From an uncultured virus (IMG/VR IMGVR_UViG_3300050821_005794) (lineage: Duplodnaviria > Heunggongvirae > Uroviricota > Caudoviricetes): DNA of 64,000 nucleotides. The notes under the pieces are model-generated. The model was given only the letters and a program-made list of their open reading frames with translations. It was not told the DNA's origin and did no database searches. Position 1 is the stretch's first letter, and every line of letters starts with the position of its first letter. The translations under genes were made by a program, and so were the position numbers. The DNA lies in the IMG/VR virus record IMGVR_UViG_3300050821_005794; one strand, 5' to 3'. This document shows, in pieces, positions 29,074 through 38,862 of this stretch.

Positions 29074-29280
29074 ATCTTCCTCCGTTCATATTGTGAACTG
29101 CGTACCACTAGTGCCTACCAAAAACGCAGCCAAGATAAACAGGGCCGCGAATATGGCGACCACCACTATAGATTTTAATTTATTTCTCATGACTAAATTT
29201 TAGAGGGCGACCTTAGCCGCCCCCTGCGCCATCTGCTTTCCTTGAGTTCCTCCCGAGTCTGCCTCGATATTACGCAGTCG

Positions 29281-29309
29281 AGATTAGCATGATTGAATAT
29301 CAATGTCAA
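29281..29309 (-). promoter_or_regulatory. sigma70-type promoter
   Basis: TTGACA-17-TAATCT with TG extension. Confidence 0.65.
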
Positions 29310-29932
29310 GATTTATTTTTCGGTACGCCTGTTCGTTGGTCTGGCCCCAAAGGAAACAAACACCGGCCCTCGAACGGATCGTCTACTGCGAATGAAAATT
29401 TCAATTGATCGGCACGATTTGTGATTATTTCTGAGACGTATTTACCTTCGGGGCCTTCCATCGTACCGAAAGTATCTGAAAATTTTTTGAGTTCCTGAAG
29501 TTCGGGGCCGCATTTTCGAAACAGGTTGTATCTTTCTTCCATTTCTAGATCATGATAAAGTTCAAAAAGTTCGGCCTGCTCTAGTGTGCCCATCGCTAGC
29601 GCTTCGATATCTTTCGCGGACTGCCCTTCATCTGATAGCCACAATTCTTCAGCCAACTGATCTTGTCTTTCTAGGCCCCTCTGGATGTGCGCAGCCTCCA
29701 GGGTATGCGACCGAGGTGTCTGTTTGGCGCGGCCACGAAGCACAACATTCCAAGTAGGCATGGGAAATTCGTGATCGTAATTGATTACCCAGTCTGCCGT
29801 GCCATTCTTTACTAATTCTATTGCTTGTTCTTTAGTAACTAGCTTGTGGCACGTACACTTCTTGGGCCTTGGTTCCCCGAGGTCGGCGCTGTAGCACGAA
29901 TGGACAAGACAAATTCTAAATATTATTTTCAT
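29306..29932 (-). CDS. hypothetical protein
   Basis: 208 aa, ATGA-coupled. Confidence 0.65.
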   Translation of the reverse strand: MKIIFRICLVHSCYSADLGEPRPKKCTCHKLVTKEQAIELVKNGTADWVINYDHEFPMPTWNVVLRGRAKQTPRSHTLEAAHIQRGLERQDQLAEELWLSDEGQSAKDIEALAMGTLEQAELFELYHDLEMEERYNLFRKCGPELQELKKFSDTFGTMEGPEGKYVSEIITNRADQLKFSFAVDDPFEGRCLFPLGPDQRTGVPKNKS

Positions 29933-30282
29933 TCAGATTGTGAACTCCATTGAGGCTTCCTGCTTCCGTGCTTGCCGTTGAGATGACAGTCAGGACAGAG
30001 ACACTGACAGTTGTCTAGCGAGACTAGCCCACCTTGGCCGCGCGGTACGATTTCATCCAAGTGCATCCGCTCAAACAGGCTGCCTTCGTATGGTGCTTCT
30101 TTACCGCAGTCTAGGCACTGGCCCTTCTGGCGCTCGTAGACTTGGTGCCGGATAGACGCAGTAGCTATATCCTTGAAGCATATTTTAGGATCGGCGGCCA
30201 GTTGAAAAGCTTGTTTTTGGTTCTTGAAAATCCTTGTGATTTGGCCGCCGATTCCGTACTCCACCCAAACTATTTTTCTCAT
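29929..30282 (-). CDS. HNH endonuclease-like protein
   Basis: CLDC..HLDEIVPRGQGG..DNCQCLCPDCH. Confidence 0.8.
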   Translation of the reverse strand: MRKIVWVEYGIGGQITRIFKNQKQAFQLAADPKICFKDIATASIRHQVYERQKGQCLDCGKEAPYEGSLFERMHLDEIVPRGQGGLVSLDNCQCLCPDCHLNGKHGSRKPQWSSQSE

Positions 30283-30481
30283 TCTGGTTTAACACCACAG
30301 TCTCTCAGAAACCTAAAATCATAAGCACTCAAAGTAAGCATACAAGGATTCGCGATTGGCGTAACTGGGCTGTGCGGCGCACGAGCATGGATTCGTTCCC
30401 ACCAGTCTTCAAATTGTTTCATGCTTTCCTTGCGCCGCGATTCGTGTTCGGGGTCCCAATCAAAACTGTTCATAATGTGAA

Positions 30482-31123
30482 CTACAATGCCCCCGAATGT
30501 GCGCCCAAATATTCCTGCGCCATAATTTCCAAAATCAAACCATTTAGAACTTCGTCCGCTCCTATCATCTTGCCATCACCGCCGAATTCTCTCTTGGCGG
30601 CCACAATCGCGGCCTGTATTGTTTCTTGTTGTTCCTTGGTCGCAAAATATTCTAAGGAGTAAAATTTACCGTCTTGTACTGTATCAGGCAGTTTCTTGTT
30701 GTCTAGCAGGGCTTGGCGAAATTGCTTCGTAGTTACGGAATCATCAGCAGCCATGTCTAAAATATTGGCCGCGGGTAGCTGGCCTGTGCTTTTCTTGGCC
30801 GCGCGAACTAATTTGGCCTTCTCAAATCCCATTGCCGAAAGTTGGTCTTCTGAAACTTCAGGCAGCAAATCCCTAGCCAGGCCCGCGAATGCGTACAATG
30901 TGGTCCTACCACGGTTGAACTGGGCTTCTAGCGATTCAATATACGCCCCAAAAGAATCGAAGCCTTTTTCTTTCCAGTAGTGTTTTGCACGAACTTCGTT
31001 GAGCAAAATACCGATTTGTGTCCGCGCTTTTGTTAACGTCATTTCGGCGGCCAGCAATCTAGGTAATAAAGAATCAATTTCTGCGAGCACGATGGCTCCT
31101 TCTGATTTTACAAGATTGTTCAC
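30482..31123 (-). CDS. hypothetical protein (possible DNA-binding)
   Basis: IG..L.EV....W...GF.SF..Y pattern seen in phage proteins. Confidence 0.65.
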   Translation of the reverse strand: MNNLVKSEGAIVLAEIDSLLPRLLAAEMTLTKARTQIGILLNEVRAKHYWKEKGFDSFGAYIESLEAQFNRGRTTLYAFAGLARDLLPEVSEDQLSAMGFEKAKLVRAAKKSTGQLPAANILDMAADDSVTTKQFRQALLDNKKLPDTVQDGKFYSLEYFATKEQQETIQAAIVAAKREFGGDGKMIGADEVLNGLILEIMAQEYLGAHSGAL

Positions 31124-31567
31124 TTTATGAACTCCGTATCGGATTTAAAAATGTGTATTGACTTGTGCTGCAACCAATGGCACAATCGCTAAAATCTTCG
31201 CCATCATATTCTTCCCAATAAGGACCGGCGGCAACCCATTCTTCGAAATACTTTTCCTTAGCCGCCGGAATTAAATAATCATGACCGTCGTCATCGCTTA
31301 CAAACATAAACCTCTCCGAGAGAATATCTAAATTCAAAGGCAGGTTCTTTTTCCCTTTAAGCATCGTCTAGTCCCCCTCATCTAAGTGCGGCGTGCCGCA
31401 ATCGTCGAAATCTGATCTTGTGGTCTTCCTGCGCAGTGGTCCAAGATACGCTTCAGGGTGATGTGCAAAATTATTGTTACCGTCGTTGGCTGCAAACGTA
31501 TCGTGCGGACAATAAGTCATTCTAAATTCATCTTCGAAATATAAATTACAAGTGCCACATCTCACTC

Positions 31568-33400
31568 TCATTCTTCTGTTCCTCCATTCACCATTTCTAC
31601 AAACCTACATGTCTCGCCGCGAAACAAAAGTTTGGTACTGCGACCTTCAGATTCGCGACTTTTATCTAAAATTACCTTTGTTTCCGGGCTGAACACGGCA
31701 ACGTCTTCCCCATCGTCCGACAGCCGCTTTCTATGCAGAATAAATACTTGACTGGCGTCTGAACCCAGAGTTTCTGAACCTTTGATGCCACGAGTTTGTA
31801 ATTCGCGGCCACGGTGTTCGTCTTGAGGTTTCCTTGGTTGCCCCACAACGATTACTATTGTACCATACTCGATAGCCAAATCCTTAAATGCACGCATGGC
31901 CTCAGACTGGCTTTTGATTTCGTCTTTTTCGCTGCGAGTTAAAAAATGAAGGTGGTCTACGACTAGGATGTCGGCCCCGAGTCTGCGCTTGGCCCATTTC
32001 AAAAGTTCTGTAACTTCCTTCCAGTTCGCGCCAGGTTTATACCCGTTGTAAAATTTCGCACCTTCCATTTTCTTGGCCGCCAGTTCATAATCTGAACGAC
32101 CTAGAACGTCCCGGCCCTTGCCAGTCAGATACGCTGCCGCGCGGCGAGCATACTGCGCCGGAGGTAATTCAGCCGAATAATTAACTACTATTTTACCGTA
32201 TTTTATGGCGTTCTCTAACAAGATGCCCATTAAAAAACTGGTTTTTCCGGTGCCGGTTTCGGTGGCCGAAAGCATCATTATGTCCCCTGGAACCACGGCA
32301 GTCCACTTGTCAATTCGCGGCCAAGGAAATCTTAATCTAGCCGGGTTGTCTAAAGGCGACGTATCGTCTACGTGATACAAAGATTCAGTTAAATCGTGCA
32401 TAAACGGCATAGGCTGTTCCAACGCCGAGGCTTTCAAATCTTCGACCAAGTGTGTAAATTTTGACACATCTCCTAACTTGACTAACGCTTCGTTCGCGTC
32501 CTTCGTATCAGGCCACCGAAGCATATACGTTCTGTCCCTGAGTTCAGTCCAGAGCTTTGTCATGGCTTGCTGGCCCGGCAAATCCGTATCTCCAGCCAAG
32601 AAAATCCTATCAGCCGTGAGTAATTTGTCTTTCATCTCCGGTGTTACTTGAAATTGTGCCCCCGGAAGTGCGACCGCCCGGAACCCCGATTGCTCCATCG
32701 TAAGAGCGTCTAATTCGCCTTCTACAATAAACAAATCATCAAAAGGTTGAATCGTTTCAATATTATACAAGGTAGTTTCCATATTTGTTTTTCTGATAAA
32801 GGCTTTGGAAACTATCGACCTGTACTTCAGACATGTAACTTTTTCACCCACTATCGTAGGTATCAAAATCCAACCTTGGTCTACGAATTCGTGGTTTGGG
32901 CTGACCCTAGCCGCCGACTGCACGAAGCCTAAATGGTGTTTCTTGGCGGTTTCTAGGCGGATACAGCGTGCTTTTAGAAAGTCTAGTGCCCCCCTACTAG
33001 ATTCTAAGCTGCGTTCGGCTGGGGCCAAATCTGCGAGATTAAACGTATCAAACTGTTTTGGGGCCGCATCCAAGGGTTGAAAGACTTGTTTTACTCTGGT
33101 TGACCCGTCTTTCCATCCAGCCAACCCCTTAGCTTTATCCACGGCTTCCTCAAATGTGGCCCCTGAAAGTTCTTGAATGAACTTGATGACATCCCCGCCT
33201 TTTCCGCAGCCAAAGCAACAGAACAACAGTGCCCCGTTTTTTTCAGTTAACGTAAAACTAGGCGTGTCGTCCTTGTGTCCTGAGAAGGGGCAGCGACCTT
33301 TCCATTCCTTGCCTGATCGTTCAAGAACTGAACTGGCGGCATAGATCGGAAGCGCGACCGAGGTTTGCTTTAGATATTCAATGTCGGTGCTAGAAATCAG
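31568..33400 (-). CDS. primase-helicase (CHC2 zinc finger, TOPRIM, DnaB-like SF4 helicase)
   Basis: Frame extends upstream of the called ORF to include GRCPFSGHKDDTPSF..FCCFGC; IVEGELDAL, TGTGKT and VVDHLH; probable CTG start overlapping upstream TGA. Confidence 0.9.
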   Translation of the reverse strand: MISSTDIEYLKQTSVALPIYAASSVLERSGKEWKGRCPFSGHKDDTPSFTLTEKNGALLFCCFGCGKGGDVIKFIQELSGATFEEAVDKAKGLAGWKDGSTRVKQVFQPLDAAPKQFDTFNLADLAPAERSLESSRGALDFLKARCIRLETAKKHHLGFVQSAARVSPNHEFVDQGWILIPTIVGEKVTCLKYRSIVSKAFIRKTNMETTLYNIETIQPFDDLFIVEGELDALTMEQSGFRAVALPGAQFQVTPEMKDKLLTADRIFLAGDTDLPGQQAMTKLWTELRDRTYMLRWPDTKDANEALVKLGDVSKFTHLVEDLKASALEQPMPFMHDLTESLYHVDDTSPLDNPARLRFPWPRIDKWTAVVPGDIMMLSATETGTGKTSFLMGILLENAIKYGKIVVNYSAELPPAQYARRAAAYLTGKGRDVLGRSDYELAAKKMEGAKFYNGYKPGANWKEVTELLKWAKRRLGADILVVDHLHFLTRSEKDEIKSQSEAMRAFKDLAIEYGTIVIVVGQPRKPQDEHRGRELQTRGIKGSETLGSDASQVFILHRKRLSDDGEDVAVFSPETKVILDKSRESEGRSTKLLFRGETCRFVEMVNGGTEE

Positions 33401-34299
33401 AACTGCCCCCTTGTAGCTGCCGCGAATGTTTCCCGCTCTTTTTCGGCGGCCAGAAATTCTTCGTTCTCCTTACGCGCCCGTTCGTCATCCGCCGACCAAT
33501 CAATAACAGGCTTCTCAAGTTTCTTGGTTGGCAAGACCCGATCCATATACTTCGCGGCCACGCGAAGAAATTCTGCGACTGGGTATTCGGTGTTGGAATA
33601 CGCGCCTTCTTCTTGTGCCCAAAGTTCAAAGGCAGGTACGATTAGATCGCCTGGATGATTCTCGCAAAGTTCTTCCCATTTTTGGGGGTAGCGACTAGGG
33701 TACCTTGCGACCGCCGAAATGCCTTTGACTTGCTGCCAAATCTGAACGATAAATTTGTGCAACTTTTTGGGATTTTTGTCGGGGTAGAGTCCTGCTTGAA
33801 ATTTTGGATTGGTCGCAACAGACGGCTGCGGTTCTGCACCTATCCTTTCCTTACCTATCCTATCCAAACCTATGTAGATATCCGCTAGACCTTCGGTAGA
33901 TGTAGTTTGGATATTATCTAGATTAACGGTAGATTTCTGTAAGTCACTAAAAAGATGTGCCTTACCTGGCTTATATTTACTTTGCTGGCTTTCGGCGGGC
34001 AACCGAGCTTCAATCCCTATAAATTTGCCCCAAATCTTACCATCTTCATCTTTTCTTCGCCCAATCATGCCGACTCTTTCAAATTCGTCTAGCATTTCTT
34101 CAACCAAATCAACCGTAATTTCTGGCCGATTGTAGCTGTACACTTCTGTCCAAACTCGGCGGCTATTTGCTTCGAAGGTTCCGTCCGCCCCAGCCAAGGG
34201 AATTAGGTTGGCATATTCGGCCCGAAATTCCAAGGGTTGAACCCGTGCTAATTTGTCGGATCGCCACAAAGCTTCGCCATCCACCAAACGTTTAGGCAC
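33397..34299 (-). CDS. phage replication initiator-like protein
   Basis: MPKRLVDG..W.S.K N-terminus; position directly upstream of primase-helicase. Confidence 0.55.
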   Translation of the reverse strand: MPKRLVDGEALWRSDKLARVQPLEFRAEYANLIPLAGADGTFEANSRRVWTEVYSYNRPEITVDLVEEMLDEFERVGMIGRRKDEDGKIWGKFIGIEARLPAESQQSKYKPGKAHLFSDLQKSTVNLDNIQTTSTEGLADIYIGLDRIGKERIGAEPQPSVATNPKFQAGLYPDKNPKKLHKFIVQIWQQVKGISAVARYPSRYPQKWEELCENHPGDLIVPAFELWAQEEGAYSNTEYPVAEFLRVAAKYMDRVLPTKKLEKPVIDWSADDERARKENEEFLAAEKERETFAAATRGQF

Positions 34300-34607
34300 T
34301 AGGCAACTCCTAAACCATCAAATTCCGGTTGTTTTGGCCGAGGTATCCATTGCCGAATAGATTCCATAAACACAGTATTGAAAAATTGCTGATGATAAAC
34401 AAATGTAGGAATCAAATCAGCCAATGATAGAAGCATATCCTGCTGATTCGGGCGCACATCGCCAGATTGTGTTTTAACTTCTACTGCTTGGTATTCCCAA
34501 CCACCAACTTTTTTCTTTCGGCATAAAAAATCAGGCCACCCACTTCGTAAAACAGTCCATCCTTCTTTTTCTAGGTGGTTCTTTACGCTGATCTCAAAAT
34601 CATTCAT
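34299..34607 (-). CDS. VRR-NUC / PD-(D/E)XK nuclease
   Basis: GWPDF..AVEVK..PNQ. Confidence 0.8.
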   Translation of the reverse strand: MNDFEISVKNHLEKEGWTVLRSGWPDFLCRKKKVGGWEYQAVEVKTQSGDVRPNQQDMLLSLADLIPTFVYHQQFFNTVFMESIRQWIPRPKQPEFDGLGVA

Positions 34608-34761
34608 ATTGTTTCTCCTTGGACGCGGTTTGAGGATAAACTACCGCTTTGTGTGTATTTAGATGCGGTTTGGTGGGTAAAAAGTTGTCTACAGATTCAG
34701 AATTCATAAAACGAACAACGTGGAAATCAAAGCGGGTAAGGTCTGCCATATTTTATTTAAT

Positions 34762-35679
34762 CTACCACTCCGCTACTTTCTTGGCAAGTCTTTTCCGTTG
34801 GGTCCGTTCTTTTTTGGCCGCCGACATGCGTGCTTTGGTGGTTTCGTGATTTGCGGTTAGGTCTAGGCACAACAGGAATGTTCCAAAATCATGTCCCATT
34901 TCTAGGTCCGTTACGTGCCACGGTTCAAACTTGCCATCTTCCTTGCCCAATCGTAGGATAAAAGCATCCGTAATCTGGCCGCCAAATTCTTCTAGGTAGG
35001 CTTTGCGATACGCCGAAATTTGATAGAGGTAGGTAATATTCAATTGATTACTAGACTTCCAGTCAATCAACGATGACTTGTTCAAGAATTGAACAGAACA
35101 ACACGACCTATCCCCACAGGCCGATACTAAAGCGCGGCCATCCATTGTGCCTGCAAATTCATGCTCCCGAGAATAAACCTTCTGTTCGGTGCTCAGCCAG
35201 GTTACTTTGTGTTGATGCATCCAATCCAGCGCAGCCTCGCAACATGACTGAGCACGCGGGTCTTTGACTTCGCTGACGAGTTTGGTAACGATGCCATTGT
35301 TGGTTGAGATCGCAAAGTTAATCGCATTTTCTAAAGCACGATGGGCTTCTTGGCCTACATCACCGGCGTCTTCTAAAATTTCGCGCGGAGCTTTCTTAGC
35401 TTGATCGAGCAAATCTAAAAACGCGGCCAGGGGTATAGACTTTGTGTAGTCTTCTAGGCCGTCAGATTCAAGCGGCATTAGTTTAACCGCCTTTTCTACT
35501 GTGCGCTTAGCCGCCCAGGGTATTAAATACTCGCTTTTGTCTATGATGCGCAGAACGCTAGTGACCCCGGCCTGCGGCACCAACTCGGGGCCGTATTCTC
35601 TTAGGTATGTGTGAGAATCTGAATCAAAGAATAATTTAATGCTCCCGTTGTAATGACTGTATGGACCGTATCGCGGCAT
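34762..35679 (-). CDS. PD-(D/E)XK exonuclease (Cas4/YqaJ-like)
   Basis: GVTSVL, G..AH, FAGTMD, IDWKSS and YQISAY. Confidence 0.85.
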   Translation of the reverse strand: MPRYGPYSHYNGSIKLFFDSDSHTYLREYGPELVPQAGVTSVLRIIDKSEYLIPWAAKRTVEKAVKLMPLESDGLEDYTKSIPLAAFLDLLDQAKKAPREILEDAGDVGQEAHRALENAINFAISTNNGIVTKLVSEVKDPRAQSCCEAALDWMHQHKVTWLSTEQKVYSREHEFAGTMDGRALVSACGDRSCCSVQFLNKSSLIDWKSSNQLNITYLYQISAYRKAYLEEFGGQITDAFILRLGKEDGKFEPWHVTDLEMGHDFGTFLLCLDLTANHETTKARMSAAKKERTQRKRLAKKVAEW

Positions 35680-36230
35680 TATTTTTTACCTCGGGATTGG
35701 TACTTGTCGGGTTGTGCCACAAATTTATCAAATTCAACTGGCCGGTAATCTGTGTATTCGACGGCAAACAATCGTTGCCACTCATTATGCAAACGGCCAA
35801 GTTCCGTAGCGTTCTTTTCGTCTCCTGCGTTCGGCGCAAATCCATGCCAGATATTATGCAGATGCCCGTGAATATTCAAGGTGCAGCCAGGTGGTAGCTT
35901 TTCCGCCGGATGGTGTGTTAGCCAACACCTTCGAAAAACCATTCCGTCATTTACGCTTTCAAATCCATGTGCGAGCCACCAAGTAGGACTGCGTTTGTCA
36001 TCGTGGTTGCCGCGAATTAAAGTTTTGTGTCCTGTAAGTTGAGGATGGATTGCGTCCCATCCTTCGGGTTTGCCAATAAAAACATCACCCAAATGAATTA
36101 CCATATCATCGGGCTTCACAACTTCGCGCCACCGTTTGATTATTATTTCCGTGAAATTCGGCGGCCTGTCGCAATAAGTAGCTATGTTCGCATGGTTAAA
36201 ATGCGTATCTGAAATAAGATAAACTTTCAT
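35679..36230 (-). CDS. calcineurin-like metallophosphoesterase
   Basis: SDTHFNH, HLGD, GNHD and HGHLH. Confidence 0.9.
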   Translation of the reverse strand: MKVYLISDTHFNHANIATYCDRPPNFTEIIIKRWREVVKPDDMVIHLGDVFIGKPEGWDAIHPQLTGHKTLIRGNHDDKRSPTWWLAHGFESVNDGMVFRRCWLTHHPAEKLPPGCTLNIHGHLHNIWHGFAPNAGDEKNATELGRLHNEWQRLFAVEYTDYRPVEFDKFVAQPDKYQSRGKK

Positions 36231-36353
36231 TCTCTTTGCATTTGTGCCACCGTTCGAATCATGGCATTGATATCCTTATAGTTTGGACACTGAAGTCTCT
36301 TCATACGTTCGATCTGTGTTAACTCAACCGGAAATAAAACAGACAGGATTTTT

Positions 36354-36650
36354 TCAACTAATTCTTTCATGGCTGCCCCTGATAGAACTGCAAGCCGAAA
36401 CGCACGAACACGCCTGAGTTCTGCAATACGTTTGGCATTTCGGGCTAGGGTGTTGTTTCTGAGCATCTTTATCGCAGGAAGTTGCCCTGGAACACTCGCA
36501 AGGATGAACTTCCTTGAAGGAATTGCTACACATTTCTGGTTGAGCTTCGCCTGTGTTGGGATCGTGGTAGTGCCCGTCCGGGCCACGACCTTCTTGCGCC
36601 AAAAATGTTGCTACAGACATCGTTACGGCAAGGACAATTATTTTGAACAT
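36354..36650 (-). CDS. secreted Cys-rich small protein
   Basis: GGAGG RBS, signal peptide, 9 Cys in about 50 aa. Confidence 0.6.
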   Translation of the reverse strand: MFKIIVLAVTMSVATFLAQEGRGPDGHYHDPNTGEAQPEMCSNSFKEVHPCECSRATSCDKDAQKQHPSPKCQTYCRTQACSCVSACSSIRGSHERIS

Positions 36651-36664
36651 TGTGCCTCCAAATT

Positions 36665-36985
36665 CGTGATCGTCTCTCCGACTGTCAAGCCTTGTGGGAA
36701 CAGGAACCACTTGGGTACCCAAGTTTAAGCCATCCCCTTGTTATGCAGGCATCCGGCTTTCGCACCCACTTCAAGGACGCAGCCATCAGGGAGAAAGGAG
36801 GTTTAGGAAAGGCCCCGATAGCCGCGCCCAACTCTTACAGAAAATTGGTCCGGCATTTTGGCATTCTTACTGGTGTTACCCGGATCGCAAAGTAGGACCT
36901 GGCCCGAATACTCAGTCCTGTGCCCGCTCTCGCAGGCTAGCCCATCCTTCGCTCCCACCAGATCAGACGGTAGCTATCCGCCAAC
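36665..36985 (-). ncRNA. candidate structured intergenic RNA downstream of ssb
   Basis: Several hairpins including a 17-bp stem with G-U pairs favouring the - strand. Confidence 0.5.
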
Positions 36986-36989
36986 TCCG

Positions 36990-37400
36990 CTAAAAAGGAA
37001 TGTCGGAGTCGTCTATTTGTTCAGATTGTGAACTTACGGCCCCGACAGGTACTAATTCTTCATCTTGGCTGCGTTCTTTTTTAGGATCGAGCATTCTGAA
37101 AATATCTGCTATGATTTCATAGCTTATTTTCTTTTGGCCGCCAGATTCGTATTCCTTGGATTGAATCTTGCCTTCAACATAAACTAGCGAACCTTTGCGA
37201 AGAAATTGTTGGGCTACCTCAGCCTGTTTTCGCCAGACGACTACCTTGTGCCATTCTGTTTTGGTAACACGGTCGCCCTTACGATCTTTGAATGATTCGT
37301 CCGTAGCCAAACTGAAATTGCATACAGCTTCGCCCGAAGCTGTGTATCTTACCTCCGGGTCTCGGCCAAGTCTCCCGACAAGAATAACTCGGTTGATCAT
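36990..37400 (-). CDS. ssb: single-stranded DNA-binding protein
   Basis: NRVILVGRLGRDPEVRY, TEWH and C-terminal DSDIPF. Confidence 0.97.
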   Translation of the reverse strand: MINRVILVGRLGRDPEVRYTASGEAVCNFSLATDESFKDRKGDRVTKTEWHKVVVWRKQAEVAQQFLRKGSLVYVEGKIQSKEYESGGQKKISYEIIADIFRMLDPKKERSQDEELVPVGAVSSQSEQIDDSDIPF

Positions 37401-37666
37401 GCGCCCTCCGTATTTTCTGGCAACTGCGCCATTGCTTTCTTGGCGTAAAAACTTGCCAGTTCAAGATGAGTCCTGACGAGCGCGATTTCGCGGCCACTGT
37501 ACGTTCTTGTGGGGTCCGCGATAGTAGGTCCACTATTAGCAGGATTAGATTCAATCGTGGCCAACACTTCAGTTAACAATTTATCAAACAACGCGGCCAG
37601 ACTGACAGCTTTAGCCATTCCTATTGCGTTCAGTCTACGAACACGAAATTCTTTATTAACGCTCAT
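37397..37666 (-). CDS. Acb2/Tad1-like cyclic nucleotide sponge candidate
   Basis: GREIALVRTHLELASFYAKKAMA resembles the RE.(S/A)L..T.LE.A..(W/F)A.KA helix of this family. Confidence 0.6.
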   Translation of the reverse strand: MSVNKEFRVRRLNAIGMAKAVSLAALFDKLLTEVLATIESNPANSGPTIADPTRTYSGREIALVRTHLELASFYAKKAMAQLPENTEGA

Positions 37667-38640
37667 GCTGTCTCCTTCGCAGGGTTGGCGGCCTCTACTA
37701 ATTCTACAGCGCGCTTGGGATCAGTGGCCAAAAGTTTACTAAATTCATCAAAAATGATATTCCATTGGCCAGTTTTGAGGTCTTCTAATTTTTCAACCTT
37801 GGCGGCATGAAAAATATACCTTTTGAGTTTTGTCTTGGCTGGAAGGCCGCGCCCGGCTTTAAGTCCTTGTTTTTCAAGCTTGACTGTCAATTCGATAGCC
37901 TTGGCGATATAACCGTCGTATTCATCTTTTGTGGGCAATGAGTGAATATCCTTGGAAGTTATTGCAGCCAAAGGTGTTGCCCCCGAAAGCGCAGTTTTGG
38001 GTACTACTGACGGCACATCCGGGTGCTTTGAAGGGCTAGAATCGCCTGCAAATGCGGCTGAAGGGGTATTTACGGTGGTGGTAGAAGGGCGCGCCGATGT
38101 GGTAGTTACTGTAGGTCTGTTGGTGTAGGCTGGCCTGGGCTGAAGTCGTTCAGAATATGAACGCTCGGGTTCGGTGCCCGAAGCTGCGGCTCCGTCATCG
38201 TCTTCGGAGGCGGTGCCCGTAATGGTATGATATTCGTACCGGCGGCAATAAGTAAGCACCCCGGCGATTTGCTGGATCGTATCTTCCTTAGGCCGGGCCA
38301 GCAAGCAGCTTGTTAGTTCCTCGCCCGACTCAACGTGCAGCAGCCGTGTATAAATTCCATGACGGTCGCCTTCTTGAATGTTTTCTTGAATAATGATCAA
38401 GCCTTCTTCACGGAGGGCCGGTTGCGTGGCTTCCATTACTTGGTCTAGAGTAGCGTACTTTGATTTGTAAAAGGTGTTGTTAGTGTCCTTCAGGATAGGC
38501 GGAAATTTAGCTTGTGCCCGCATCAATGCGGCGGCCACCTTAAGGTCTTTACGACAATCTTGATATCCTTCACCGGATGTGATACGTTCTAGTTCAGTTG
38601 CAGCCAAGGTTTGTGTAGCAGTTTCCAAAATAGCCTCCAA
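37663..38640 (-). CDS. ERF-family single-strand annealing protein
   Basis: N.FYKSKYATLD, LLHVESGE, LTYCRRY and EDDDG. Confidence 0.9.
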   Translation of the reverse strand: MEAILETATQTLAATELERITSGEGYQDCRKDLKVAAALMRAQAKFPPILKDTNNTFYKSKYATLDQVMEATQPALREEGLIIIQENIQEGDRHGIYTRLLHVESGEELTSCLLARPKEDTIQQIAGVLTYCRRYEYHTITGTASEDDDGAAASGTEPERSYSERLQPRPAYTNRPTVTTTSARPSTTTVNTPSAAFAGDSSPSKHPDVPSVVPKTALSGATPLAAITSKDIHSLPTKDEYDGYIAKAIELTVKLEKQGLKAGRGLPAKTKLKRYIFHAAKVEKLEDLKTGQWNIIFDEFSKLLATDPKRAVELVEAANPAKETA

Positions 38641-38647
38641 TGCGAGA

Positions 38648-38760
38648 ATTATGCCACACCGGAAAACTATGTCAAGCGAAATATTATGAAATCTCGCTAA
38701 ATCTTACGAAATCTCAAAAAAAGTTCTTGACAGAAAATCTTAGGTATGCGATGATTGGTT
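38648..38760. promoter_or_regulatory. divergent promoter pair
   Basis: - strand TTGACA..CATAAT near 38648-38675; + strand TTGACA at 38727. Confidence 0.55.
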
Positions 38761-38862
38761 GATGCTAGGAAGGTCTGGCAAAGATTGGATTATTGGTGCT
38801 CAGGTGCATTTGCTATGGCGTCGCAGAGAACTGCGACAGCCGAATGGCTATGATTTTCGAGA

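Noticed and set aside
33870..33945. Iteron origin within the initiator-like gene (TAGAT repeats)
   Set aside because: Repeats are too short and irregular to call.
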